A program made the position numbers and the translations under genes. Positions 37,903 to 47,326 of a stretch of 64,000 nucleotides of DNA are shown in pieces. Position 1 is the stretch's first letter, and the number at the start of each line of letters is the position of its first letter. Below the pieces are notes generated by a model that made no database searches, was not told the origin of the DNA, and saw only the letters and a list, made by a program, of their open reading frames with translations. The stretch comes from Candidatus Micrarchaeota archaeon (GTDB lineage Archaea > Micrarchaeota > Micrarchaeia > Anstonellales > Bilamarchaeaceae). The stretch is taken from positions 192,102 through 256,101 of the forward strand of contig JBDRLQ010000003.1 in assembly GCA_043812915.1 (NCBI GenBank), read 5' to 3'.

Positions 37903-38549
37903 CCCACGCCAATCCTCGGGCAGATTTTTCTTATCCTGCACTCCCCGCATTTTGGCTTTAGGGGCGTGCAGACCGTCTGCCCGTATGATACCATGGCAAG
38001 GTTCATCTCCTTCCACAGCCTTTTCGGGACCTTTTTCATAAGGGCCTGCTCGGTCTTCTCCGGGGTTTTTGTCCTCACAAGCCCCAGCCTGTTGCATATC
38101 CGGTGGACGTGAGTATCGACGGCTATCGCATCCTTCCCGAAGCAGTGCGTCAGGATGATGTTGGCAGTCTTTCTCCCCACTCCCGGAAGCTTCACCAGCT
38201 CCTCGAGGGTGTCCGGCACCTTGCCGCCATTGTCAGAAATGAGCCTTGCAGTCTTCTTCAGGTTCTTCGCCTTCTGCCTGTAGAATCCGGTGCCGTATAC
38301 AGCCTTCTCAATATCAGAAATTCTCATCCCCGCCAGCTTCTTTGCCGTGGGGGCCTTGGCAAGCAGCTTTCCTGAGGCCCTTATCGTGGTGGCATCCTTG
38401 GTCCTCGCAGAAAGGATTGTGAAAACAAGCGCGCGGAAAGGGGTGGATGCGACATTTGAGACCTGGAATACCGGAGCCTCCCTTTTCCTGGCCTCCCTGA
38501 GCATCGCCTTTAGGGTGCGGCTCAGCTCTTCGGGCTTATCTTTGTGCAT
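37899..38549 (-). CDS. nth: Endonuclease III
   Basis: ILSARTKD, LPGVGRKTAN, VDTHV, CX6CX2CX5C FeS loop. Confidence 0.97.
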   Translation of the reverse strand: MHKDKPEELSRTLKAMLREARKREAPVFQVSNVASTPFRALVFTILSARTKDATTIRASGKLLAKAPTAKKLAGMRISDIEKAVYGTGFYRQKAKNLKKTARLISDNGGKVPDTLEELVKLPGVGRKTANIILTHCFGKDAIAVDTHVHRICNRLGLVRTKTPEKTEQALMKKVPKRLWKEMNLAMVSYGQTVCTPLKPKCGECRIRKICPRIGVG

Positions 38550-39283
38550 GGCGCTTCCTTCCCCAAAATGATTGCCTCTAGCATATCAGGCCTTCCGCCA
38601 TTCACTATGTAAGAAACGGTATCAAGCGCAAGCAACTCCCCGATCTTTCCCTTCATCGCCCCGGTGACGTCGTTCTTCGTCTCCTTCAGGTGCTTTGACA
38701 CATCCTTGAAATTATCCGGGGATATCTCGGGGATTATCTCCCCATTTTCATCCAGCACCCCATCCACATTGGTCGCAAATACCAGGAACTCGGCCTCCTT
38801 GCCGAACCACGCCATAATCTGGTCCCCTGAGCACACCGAGCCTCCGAGCTCTGAATCCGGAGTCATATCCCCATAGAGGACCGGCACATAGCCCATCGAG
38901 AGATATTCCTTCACTATCCCGTCATTGAATTCCATTATCCTCTTCCTGGACTGCCTGATCACGGCGGCAGGGGGTATTGAGACTGCCGGAACGCCTTCCT
39001 CAATAAGGGCCCTGACAAGGTGCAGCGACAGTTCTGAACAGGCCGCATGGGTGTCCGCGAAGCCGAGCTTCTGCTCATCATTGTTCACGCCCTCGTTTAT
39101 TCCGTGCTTCAATACAAGCGCATGCCCGAATGAGCCTGCGCCATGGATGATTACCAGGTCTGTAATGCCTTTCTTCCTGACGTCAGCGACCACCTTCGCC
39201 ATCTCCTTTATGCGCTTCGGAAGAGCTTTCTTATATCCTGATTTTTCGGTGATGAAGCTTCCCCCAATCTTTAGCACTTTCAT
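38522..39283 (-). CDS. ipk: Isopentenyl phosphate kinase
   Basis: LKIGGSFITEK, HGAGSFGH, VPVLYGD, SGDQ, DVTGAMKGK. Confidence 0.94.
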   Translation of the reverse strand: MKVLKIGGSFITEKSGYKKALPKRIKEMAKVVADVRKKGITDLVIIHGAGSFGHALVLKHGINEGVNNDEQKLGFADTHAACSELSLHLVRALIEEGVPAVSIPPAAVIRQSRKRIMEFNDGIVKEYLSMGYVPVLYGDMTPDSELGGSVCSGDQIMAWFGKEAEFLVFATNVDGVLDENGEIIPEISPDNFKDVSKHLKETKNDVTGAMKGKIGELLALDTVSYIVNGGRPDMLEAIILGKEAPCTKISPKS

Positions 39284-39395
39284 GATACTCAATGGCGCAA
39301 TAGCGCTTATAAACGTTGATTGCGCAAGGATGGAATTACGGTTTTCGCCGTAATAAATTGTTAGGGACTTATTTCTGTTCAATCAGTAATCCTAC

Positions 39396-41300
39396 ATGGA
39401 CTTAACGAAAATATTCGGACTAGGCGCGGTTATTCTTTTGGTTTTTGGAGCGGTTGCGCTGACAACGCCCGGGCTGCATGCGGAGGACCAGCCCAAGGTG
39501 AACACATCACTGAATACATTTTCCTCATGCGGTGAACTCAGGGATTATGTGAAGGAGAATGCAGCTTCGGGCGGCTACGGCTATTGGGGAAGGAACGGAT
39601 TTATGCTCGAGATGGCAATGGATGCGGTTTCTGCCCCGGCACCTTCGGCAGAGGGCGGAGGGCAGAAGACCGGCGCCTCTGATTATTCGGGCACCAATGT
39701 GCAGGTTGAAGGCGTGGATGAGGCAGACATCGTCAAAAGCGATGGGGAATACCTGTACATATTCTCAAGAGGCAGGGTGGTGATAGTTGACGCATATCCT
39801 GCTCTCGAAGCGAAAAAGCTATCTGAAATCGAGACAGGATCATATTCAGCGGAGTTTTTCGTAAATGGGGACAAGCTGGTGATTTTCGCCAATGAGGATT
39901 ACCAGAGCGTCGGTGTAAAGATATATGATATCAGCGACAGGCAGAACCCGGAGCTGGAAGAAGACCTCGTCGTGGATGGCTACTATGTGAATTCACGCAT
40001 GATTGGCGATTATGTCTACCTGATTGCCAGCGAGCCGGTCTATTACTGGCTTGAGGGTGGCAAGCCCCTGCCAGAGGTGAAGAAAGATGGCCTTATCATG
40101 GACGATGTTGTCGATAGCTGCGGATGCAGCGAGGTGCAGTATTTCGATGACATGCCGCAAGTGGAAAGCTTCACTTCCGTGGTTTCGATAGATCTTGAAA
40201 GCGGCGATGTCTCAAATGAGGTTTTCGTGACCGGCTCGGCCGAGGGCATGTATGTCTCGCAGGACAACATATACCTGGTGCACACAACTTACGGCTATGA
40301 GCCTGGGCCCTCAGAGCTCGCCGTGGCTGCGGCAACCGGGGTTAGGATATGGAAAGAAGCCGGTGAGAGCACCATCATCCACAAGCTTTCAATCGATGCG
40401 GGGGACGTTGGATACATCGGCAAGGGAGCGGTACCGGGCCATGTGCTCAACCAGTTCTCGATGGACGAGTATGATGGCAGCTTCCGGATTGCCACAACTG
40501 TGGGCAATGTGGCAAGAAACGCCGACCAGGCGACTTCGGTGAACAACCTCTATATCCTTGATACGGATATGGGGCTTGTCGGGGCGCTGGAAGACCTTGC
40601 CCCTGGTGAGAAGATTTATTCAGCAAGGTTCATGGGAAAGCGCGCGTATGTGGTCACTTTCAGGAAGGTCGACCCGCTTTTCGTAATTGACCTGGAGGAT
40701 CCTGAGAATCCGGAAGTTCTCGGGAAACTGAAAATCCCCGGATACTCTGACTATCTCCATCCTTATGATGAGAACCACATCATCGGCCTTGGCAAGGACG
40801 CAATTCCGGCCGATGAAGGGGACTTCTCTTGGTACCAGGGAGTGAAGCTCTCATTGTTCGATGTGAGCGACGTGGAGCACCCAAAGGAGATATCAGTGGT
40901 CAGCATCGGCGACCGGGGAACAGAATCCTATGCGCTGCATGACCACCGGGCATTCCTGTTCGACAGGGAGAAGAACCTCCTTGTGATTCCGGTCCTCCTT
41001 GCGGAGATACATGAGGAGCAGTATCCCGAGGGCCTCCCCCCGTATGCATCTGGGGATTACACCTACCAGGGGGCCTATGTGTTCGGTGTCAGTCCCGAAG
41101 AGGGATTTTCCCTCAGAGGAAAGGTAACCCACCTTGATGGTGAGGATGCGTTCGAGAAGAGCGGGTACTACTTTGATTCAGAGTATTCGGTCAAGCGCTC
41201 CCTCTACATGGATGATGTGCTCTACACCATTTCGGACATGAAGGTGAAGATGAATGGCCTTGGGGATTTAGGAGAAGTGAATGAGGTGGCCCTTGATTAG
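39396..41300 (+). CDS. Secreted beta-propeller protein (Beta_propel family)
   Basis: YSGTNVQVEGVDEADIVKSDG, LNQFSMDEY, VTFRKVDPLF, LKIPGYSDYLHP. Confidence 0.93.
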   Translation: MDLTKIFGLGAVILLVFGAVALTTPGLHAEDQPKVNTSLNTFSSCGELRDYVKENAASGGYGYWGRNGFMLEMAMDAVSAPAPSAEGGGQKTGASDYSGTNVQVEGVDEADIVKSDGEYLYIFSRGRVVIVDAYPALEAKKLSEIETGSYSAEFFVNGDKLVIFANEDYQSVGVKIYDISDRQNPELEEDLVVDGYYVNSRMIGDYVYLIASEPVYYWLEGGKPLPEVKKDGLIMDDVVDSCGCSEVQYFDDMPQVESFTSVVSIDLESGDVSNEVFVTGSAEGMYVSQDNIYLVHTTYGYEPGPSELAVAAATGVRIWKEAGESTIIHKLSIDAGDVGYIGKGAVPGHVLNQFSMDEYDGSFRIATTVGNVARNADQATSVNNLYILDTDMGLVGALEDLAPGEKIYSARFMGKRAYVVTFRKVDPLFVIDLEDPENPEVLGKLKIPGYSDYLHPYDENHIIGLGKDAIPADEGDFSWYQGVKLSLFDVSDVEHPKEISVVSIGDRGTESYALHDHRAFLFDREKNLLVIPVLLAEIHEEQYPEGLPPYASGDYTYQGAYVFGVSPEEGFSLRGKVTHLDGEDAFEKSGYYFDSEYSVKRSLYMDDVLYTISDMKVKMNGLGDLGEVNEVALD

Positions 41301-41624
41301 AGCCATCTTTTTCCTTTTTTCCTGCTTCTTTCAGGTGTGTCTCGGTTGGCTTTCCCCCTACTGCTCTTCGAAGCGCCCGGTGACAATCGCAGCCGCATTG
41401 GAAGTGATTGCACGGGAAGTTTTTGAATCCCCTCCGATTTCTGCTTCAAGCTCCGAAGCAGTAATCGACCTGGCCATTGCAGCATCCTGGATACCCAGTC
41501 CATCGGCTGGCCCTGCGTGCCAGTCAGACGCCTATTTTCGGGGCGCCATTGCCCCCGCCCATAAAGTCTTTTGGAAATTGCCCCTTTCGATTATTTTTTA
41601 AACACGAAAATGCCATATACGTTT

Positions 41625-42161
41625 ATGCGTATCCTGGTAGCGGTAACTGGGGCATCGGGGCTTGAGTATGCCCGCAGGCTCATCCAGATACTGAAGAAGA
41701 GCAAGGGCGTTGAGGTTTCGATAGTCTCCAGCTCCGGCGCTGAAAAAGTGGCTGAAGCCGAGGGCACAAAGCTGCCAAAGGCCGACTATGGCGAGTTCGA
41801 CTTCTCCTGCCCATACGCCTCGGGCTCGAATCCCCCTGATGCGGTCGTGGTTGTTCCATGCTCCCTGAAATCACTTGGGGAGATTGCCAACGGCGTGGGC
41901 AGCAACCTGATAAGCAGGGCATCCGAGGTCGCGCTGAAGGAACGCAGGAAGCTGATACTAGTAGTGAGGGACACTCCTTACTCCCTGATAACGATAAAGA
42001 ACATGGAACTTGTCACTTTGGCCGGAGCGGTGGTCCTTCCTGCCACCCCTGGCTTCTATGGAAAGCCTAAAAAGGTTGAAGACCTGATAGACTTCGTGGT
42101 CGCAAGAATCTTGGACCAGCTGGGAGTTGAACATTCTATCTCAAAACGGTGGGCTAAATGA
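41625..42161 (+). CDS. ubiX: Flavin prenyltransferase
   Basis: VAVTGASG, ASGS, PCSLKSL, LKERRKLILV, PGFY. Confidence 0.96.
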   Translation: MRILVAVTGASGLEYARRLIQILKKSKGVEVSIVSSSGAEKVAEAEGTKLPKADYGEFDFSCPYASGSNPPDAVVVVPCSLKSLGEIANGVGSNLISRASEVALKERRKLILVVRDTPYSLITIKNMELVTLAGAVVLPATPGFYGKPKKVEDLIDFVVARILDQLGVEHSISKRWAK

Positions 42162-43450
42162 ACTCATTGCGCGATTTTGTAGAAACACTTAGAAGCGATA
42201 AGAAGCTTGTAGCAATCAATAAGGAAGTCTCGAAGAACCTTGAGCTTGCGGGGGTCCTGCTCGCATTCGACGGCAGGCCCGTGATGTTCAACAAGGTGGC
42301 GCATTCAAAAATACCTGTCGTGGGCAACATCTTCTCGACAAGGCAGCTCGTTTGCGATTATCTTGGAATCATGAGGAACGAGCTCGTTCCGAGGCTGATT
42401 GACGCAATGAACAATCCGGTCAAGCCGGAGCTCGTTGAGAGCGGTCCTGTTCTGGAGGTTGAAGGGGGTGTAAATCTCGAGAGGCTTCCTATCCCTTTCC
42501 ACGCGGAGATGGACGGCGGGCCCTACCTTTCATCAGCGATTGTGATTGCGCATGACAAGGAGCTCGGGAGGAACCTGTCTTTCCACAGGATGATGGTCAT
42601 CGGAAAGGACCGGCTGTCCATGAGGATTCTTCCAAGGCACCTTAGCAAGTTCCTCGAGCGCGCGGGCGGAACCCTTGATGTTGCCGTAATCGTCGGCGCT
42701 CCAATCAATGTCCTTCTCTCTGCCGCCATATCTTCAAGAGAGGGGCAGGATGAGCTGGAATACGCAAGCGCCATTTCCCCAGTCAAGACCGTGCGCCTAT
42801 CAAACGGCATTGAAGTGCCCGCGGATGTGGAGTTCGCATTTGAGGGCAGAATCACTCCTGAGATGGCTGATGAGGGGCCATTCATCGACCTCACAGGGAC
42901 ATATGATATTGTTCGCAAGCAGCCAGTGATGCATCTTACAAAAATGTATCACAGGAAGAATCCCATTTGGCACGCCCTTCTGCCTGGAGGCCTTGAGCAC
43001 AAGGTGCTTATGGGGATGCCGCGAGAGCCGACGATATTCACTGAAGTCGATAAGGTCGCAGAATGCAGGGCGGTCAACCTCACTCCTGGAGGATGCTCCT
43101 GGCTTCACGCTGTCGTCTCAATAAAAAAGAATAGTGAGGAGGATGGGAAACTGGCGATTGAAGCCGCGTTCAGGGGCCACAAATCGCTCAAGCATGTGGT
43201 CATTGTTGATGATGATATCGACATTGACGACCCGCTTGACGTGGAATGGGCAATAGCGACAAGGTTCCAGGCAAAGCAGGACCTCATCGTAAAGGAGGAT
43301 GAGAAGGGCAGCTCGCTTGACCCTAGCGCAGACCAGAACACCCGGGCCACAAGCAAGATGGGCCTGGATGCCACAAAGCCCGTCAACGCCAATCCGGAGC
43401 ACTTCGACAAGGCCGAATGGAAGAAAGTGAAGGCCGAAGACTATCTTTGA
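42158..43450 (+). CDS. ubiD: UbiD-family prFMN decarboxylase, likely anhydromevalonate-phosphate decarboxylase
   Basis: DGGPY, NLSFHR, EGPF.D.TGTYD, GGCSWLH, VDDDID, SSLDPS; adjacent to aconitase-X pair. Confidence 0.92.
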   Translation: MNSLRDFVETLRSDKKLVAINKEVSKNLELAGVLLAFDGRPVMFNKVAHSKIPVVGNIFSTRQLVCDYLGIMRNELVPRLIDAMNNPVKPELVESGPVLEVEGGVNLERLPIPFHAEMDGGPYLSSAIVIAHDKELGRNLSFHRMMVIGKDRLSMRILPRHLSKFLERAGGTLDVAVIVGAPINVLLSAAISSREGQDELEYASAISPVKTVRLSNGIEVPADVEFAFEGRITPEMADEGPFIDLTGTYDIVRKQPVMHLTKMYHRKNPIWHALLPGGLEHKVLMGMPREPTIFTEVDKVAECRAVNLTPGGCSWLHAVVSIKKNSEEDGKLAIEAAFRGHKSLKHVVIVDDDIDIDDPLDVEWAIATRFQAKQDLIVKEDEKGSSLDPSADQNTRATSKMGLDATKPVNANPEHFDKAEWKKVKAEDYL

Positions 43451-43473
43451 TGCATTCCGCAAGAGGTACGCCA

Positions 43474-44649
43474 ATGGTGAATCTAAAGGATATTGAGCAG
43501 AAGATGCTTGATGGGGAGATGGGTGAGGCAACTGCCCAGTCCATGGAAATCCTTGTCGCCCTTGCGAAGATATTCAAGGCAGAGGGCATGATTCCAGTCT
43601 CCAGCGCCCAGGTCTCAGGAGTTTCCTACAAGACGATAGGGGATGCCGGCCTGGAATATCTGCAGGATTTGGCCTCCAAGGGAGCCAGGACTAAAATCCC
43701 CACTTTCCTGAATCCTGCCGGAATGGACATCTTCCAATGGAAGGAGATGGGAATCCCCGGGGATTTTGCGAAGAAGCAGATAGATATTCTTGATGCGTAT
43801 TCCAGGATGGGGATAATGAAGACATGCACCTGCACCCCCTATTTCATCGGCCTGAGGCCGAAAAAAGGGGAGCATATAGCCTGGGCCGAGTCCAGCGCGG
43901 TCGCTTTTGCGAATTCAGTTCTTGGGGCCAGGACCAACCGGGAAGGGGGTCCATCCGCCCTTGCAGCAGCGATCTGCGGTGTAACCCCCAACTATGGCCT
44001 GCATCTTGATGAGAACCGGGTTGCAAGCGTTGATGTGCATATACAGTGCAAGCTTGAGAATGTCAGCGATTTCGGTGCCCTTGGCCATGCGGTCGGGAAG
44101 CTCGCCAATAGGAAATACCCCGCTTTCAGCGGAATAAAATCAGCCAGGGAAGAGCATCTTAAGGTCCTGGGGGCCTCCATGGCGGCATCCGGCTCCGTGC
44201 CTCTCTTCTTCATCAAGAACGTCACTCCTGAATACAACGTGGCTGAGGATGCCGAGAAAATCACGTTTACGGATGATGAACTCAAGGCTGCCAAGTCAGA
44301 GCTTGACAGCGGCGGGAAGCCGCAGCTGGTCACGCTTGGCTGCCCGCATGCCTCCCTGGAAGAGATTAGGCAGGTTGCCCTGATGGTCGAAAAGAGAAAG
44401 CCCACCTGCGAGTTCTGGGTGTGCACAGCCAGGAAAATCAAGGAGGAATCAGACGCTCTCGGTTATTCAAGAACAATTGAGGAAGCTGGGGGGCGGGTCG
44501 TTGCGGATACCTGCATGGTGGTATGCCCGCTTGAGAGGATGGGATACACTATCACCGGCACTAACTCCGGGAAAGCCGCGAAGTATCTCCCGAACCTCTG
44601 CAAGCAGCGCGTTGCGTTCGGGAAGCTGGAGGATATCCTTTACAGGTGA
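43474..44649 (+). CDS. Aconitase X / phosphomevalonate dehydratase large subunit
   Basis: AQVSGVSYKTIGDAG, CTCTPY, AWAESSA, NREGGPSAL, GCPH, DTC, NSGKAA.Y. Confidence 0.95.
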   Translation: MVNLKDIEQKMLDGEMGEATAQSMEILVALAKIFKAEGMIPVSSAQVSGVSYKTIGDAGLEYLQDLASKGARTKIPTFLNPAGMDIFQWKEMGIPGDFAKKQIDILDAYSRMGIMKTCTCTPYFIGLRPKKGEHIAWAESSAVAFANSVLGARTNREGGPSALAAAICGVTPNYGLHLDENRVASVDVHIQCKLENVSDFGALGHAVGKLANRKYPAFSGIKSAREEHLKVLGASMAASGSVPLFFIKNVTPEYNVAEDAEKITFTDDELKAAKSELDSGGKPQLVTLGCPHASLEEIRQVALMVEKRKPTCEFWVCTARKIKEESDALGYSRTIEEAGGRVVADTCMVVCPLERMGYTITGTNSGKAAKYLPNLCKQRVAFGKLEDILYR

Positions 44650-44655
44650 TGCTTT

Positions 44656-45060
44656 ATGGAAATCAGATGCCGTTCAATCTCAAAAGGAATCGCTTCTGGC
44701 AAAGTATTGCTGAGCCGTGAGCCAATATCATTCCTTGGCGGGGTTGATCCTGCAACAGGCGATGTCATAGAGAAGGGGCACGCTATTGAAGGCAGGAACG
44801 TCGCCGGAAAAATCCTGGTTTTCCCGCATGGGAAGGGGAGCACTGTGGGCTCATATACGATGCTCCAGCTCAAAAAGAGCGGGAAAGCCCCTGCGGCGAT
44901 AATCAATGTGAATGCAGAGCCGATAATCGCTGTCGGTGCGATAATCTCCGGGATACCGATGGTCGACCAGCCCGAAGCCGATCCTTTTGCTTCCCTTAAA
45001 GACGGGGATTCGATTGAAGTGGATGGAGAAAAGGGGCTAATCAGGCAAGTTCAGGAGTGA
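44656..45060 (+). CDS. Phosphomevalonate dehydratase small (DUF126 swiveling) subunit
   Basis: ISFLGGVDP.TG, GKGSTVGSY, AP.AII. Confidence 0.95.
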   Translation: MEIRCRSISKGIASGKVLLSREPISFLGGVDPATGDVIEKGHAIEGRNVAGKILVFPHGKGSTVGSYTMLQLKKSGKAPAAIINVNAEPIIAVGAIISGIPMVDQPEADPFASLKDGDSIEVDGEKGLIRQVQE

Positions 45061-45487
45061 GTATCCACTTTATCCTCCATTTCTCGCCTTTTTCCAGGCA
45101 CACGACAGCGCCCATCCTGAAAGCGACAATATCGGCATTCTCATTCCCTGCAACCAATAAGGATGCGAGCTTGCTCATGTGGGGAAGATGGCCAACAAGC
45201 ATCAAACTGTCATCCTGCGACTGGATGAAATCAAGCGCGGTGTTAGGCTCATCCATTGGCTTTAGCCCTTCCACCTCTTTTGCTCCGCTCTTTAAACGGG
45301 ATGCGAAGATGTCTGCGGTCTGCTTTGCCCTCAGCTTGGGCGAATGGAAAACCCGGCATCTGAGGCCAAGGGCCGCCGCTTTTGATGCCACCTTCTCCAC
45401 ATCCGCCTCCCCGACTTCGCTGAGCGGCCTTTCGGGGTCCTCTTCCTCGCTTTTTGCCTTTCCGTGCTGCACCAGATAAACTTCCAT
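45041..45487 (-). CDS. sixA: Phosphohistidine phosphatase SixA
   Basis: LVQHGKA, RPLS, HSPKLRAKQTA, LVGHLP. Confidence 0.92.
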   Translation of the reverse strand: MEVYLVQHGKAKSEEEDPERPLSEVGEADVEKVASKAAALGLRCRVFHSPKLRAKQTADIFASRLKSGAKEVEGLKPMDEPNTALDFIQSQDDSLMLVGHLPHMSKLASLLVAGNENADIVAFRMGAVVCLEKGEKWRIKWILTPELA

Positions 45488-45569
45488 GAGAGCTCCAGCA
45501 ACCGGTAGAATATATAGTTAACTGCGGATTTTGAAAAAGGTTATAAACCTCAGTTGCAAGATACTGCGC

Positions 45570-46250
45570 ATGGTGACCCAGGAAGAAGTAATCGTTATTC
45601 TCAATCAGGCCTGGCAAAGATTCATTGACATGGTCCTTATTCCTGCCGACCGGCCTGAAATGCTCTGGTCTATTGTTCCGCTCATTATCGCGCTCATATT
45701 CATGACCATGTACTTCGGCAGGTACAAGCAGGAGTCTCTCGGATGGAACACTGCTTTTGGCAACACAATGGTCTTCCTTTTCGTGGCGCTGAACCTGATC
45801 AAGGAGATGTATTATGACGCCGGAATAAGCACAATCGACGGATTTCTCGCAAATCCCTTCCATCTTTTTCTCTCCCTCGGGCTTGCCGGGGCCAGCTTCC
45901 TGCTGATGCTGATTACTTATTTTCACAAGATTCCTGAGCGCGTGGCATTCTTCCTTTTCTCAGCCCCCCCTCTAAATGTCACAATCTATGTAATCATGGC
46001 TATGGTGTATGCCGATGTGCCTGCCGACTTCCTGACCTTGCTGGCCGCAATAATCCTGCTGATAGTCATAATGATCCTGACCAAGCTGATTAAGATTGTC
46101 GTCTACATGATCATGGGCTACCATGAAACGCTAGGAATAACCGCGCAGGATATGGGAATCCCATCCCAGGAGCATGGCAGGGTGGAAAAGAAATCGCACA
46201 AGCACCCTGAAGAGTCCAAAGGCAAGAAAATCCCCTCACTGAAGATGTGA
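45570..46250 (+). CDS. Multi-pass membrane protein of unknown function
   Basis: About 5 TMs; YFGRY..E.LGWNTAFGN. Confidence 0.8.
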   Translation: MVTQEEVIVILNQAWQRFIDMVLIPADRPEMLWSIVPLIIALIFMTMYFGRYKQESLGWNTAFGNTMVFLFVALNLIKEMYYDAGISTIDGFLANPFHLFLSLGLAGASFLLMLITYFHKIPERVAFFLFSAPPLNVTIYVIMAMVYADVPADFLTLLAAIILLIVIMILTKLIKIVVYMIMGYHETLGITAQDMGIPSQEHGRVEKKSHKHPEESKGKKIPSLKM

Positions 46251-46254
46251 AATA

Positions 46255-46638
46255 ATGGTGCTGACATACAGGAAAGGCTCGCGCGCGGAAAGGGAACTTA
46301 TCGCCTATTTCTCACAGAATGGATTCTGCGTTATCCGCGCTGCCGGCAGCGGAGTGAACTCTCTTAGCCCGGATATCCTCGCCTTCAGGCGGGGCATCCA
46401 GATAGGGATTGAGGCCAAAGCCTGGGAGAAGGAGAATCTCAATATCGACCGGGAGCAGTTCACCAACCTTGCCAAATGGGAGAACAATTCGGGCATCAAC
46501 TGCTTTGTGGCATGGCGCAGGAACCGCCAGCCATGGCTGTTCCTGCCACTCTCCGTATTCAAGGAGAATGAGAAGAGCTTCGGCATATCCTGGAAGAGCG
46601 CGGGTCTTATCGGCAAGAAACTGGAAGAATTCCTCTAG
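46255..46638 (+). CDS. hjc: Holliday junction resolvase
   Basis: YRKGSRAEREL, GF.VIRAAGSG, PDILA, IEAK. Confidence 0.95.
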   Translation: MVLTYRKGSRAERELIAYFSQNGFCVIRAAGSGVNSLSPDILAFRRGIQIGIEAKAWEKENLNIDREQFTNLAKWENNSGINCFVAWRRNRQPWLFLPLSVFKENEKSFGISWKSAGLIGKKLEEFL

Positions 46639-47279
46639 AACACATTTGCGGCTTCCATTCCCATCTCGCCCAGCAGGCTATCATATATTATCAGTACCCC
46701 GGCTATAAGCGCTGCCAATATGAAGAAATGGAGCATTGAGTGGTGCCTGTGATGCCGGGCCTCCATCTTATCCTCAACCTCATCAACCACTTCATCAGCC
46801 ACTTCCAGTGAAAGGAATGTCCCGATAAGGCAGAGCCCGACAAGACCCCAGTATGGGACCGGATTCGTTAGTATATGGTATAAAAGCGAGAGGATTGGGG
46901 TTGCCTCATACAACCCGGGCGCGAAATGCATCGCACCCAGGTTTATCGCAAGGGCAACGAACCACACGATTGCATGCGAGTAAATCATCCGCGTCTCGCT
47001 AAGCAGCCTGAGCGGCACGTCCAGGAGGAGGTCCGCGGCAGCAAGCGGGGTGCAAAGCACGAAGAATGTCCAGACAAGCAGCGTTATCTCCAGGCCCTGC
47101 TCGAACCCGTATTTGTTGAGCATGAACATCAGAAATACGGCAAGGGTGCCCAGAACGAGAAGGAATTTCGTGATTTTGCTCTTCTTGACCCCGTGCGCCT
47201 TCTTCGCCGGTTTCTTCCGTGCCGGATTCGCTGCGCGCGCGGGCTTCTTGGAAGGAACTGTGCGTTTGCTCCTTGACAT
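46635..47279 (-). CDS. Membrane protein with Lys-rich N-terminal tail
   Basis: Several TMs; WTFFVLCTP, PVPYW. Confidence 0.75.
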   Translation of the reverse strand: MSRSKRTVPSKKPARAANPARKKPAKKAHGVKKSKITKFLLVLGTLAVFLMFMLNKYGFEQGLEITLLVWTFFVLCTPLAAADLLLDVPLRLLSETRMIYSHAIVWFVALAINLGAMHFAPGLYEATPILSLLYHILTNPVPYWGLVGLCLIGTFLSLEVADEVVDEVEDKMEARHHRHHSMLHFFILAALIAGVLIIYDSLLGEMGMEAANVF

Positions 47280-47326
47280 TATGATCGCAAGTGGAGTATC
47301 TAAAAATAGTTTTTTATATGCTGCCC

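Noticed and set aside
41300..41563. Cys-rich minus-strand frame with two in-frame TGA codons (possible selenoprotein or recoding)
   Set aside because: The TGC and TGA triplets arise as T|GC and T|GA off-frame shadows of an Ala/Asp/Glu-rich neighbouring frame; TGA is a normal stop throughout the window; no SECIS recognised.
41625..43450. ubiX/ubiD as ubiquinone biosynthesis
   Set aside because: Operon with the aconitase-X pair and nearby mvk and ipk fits the archaeal mevalonate pathway better.
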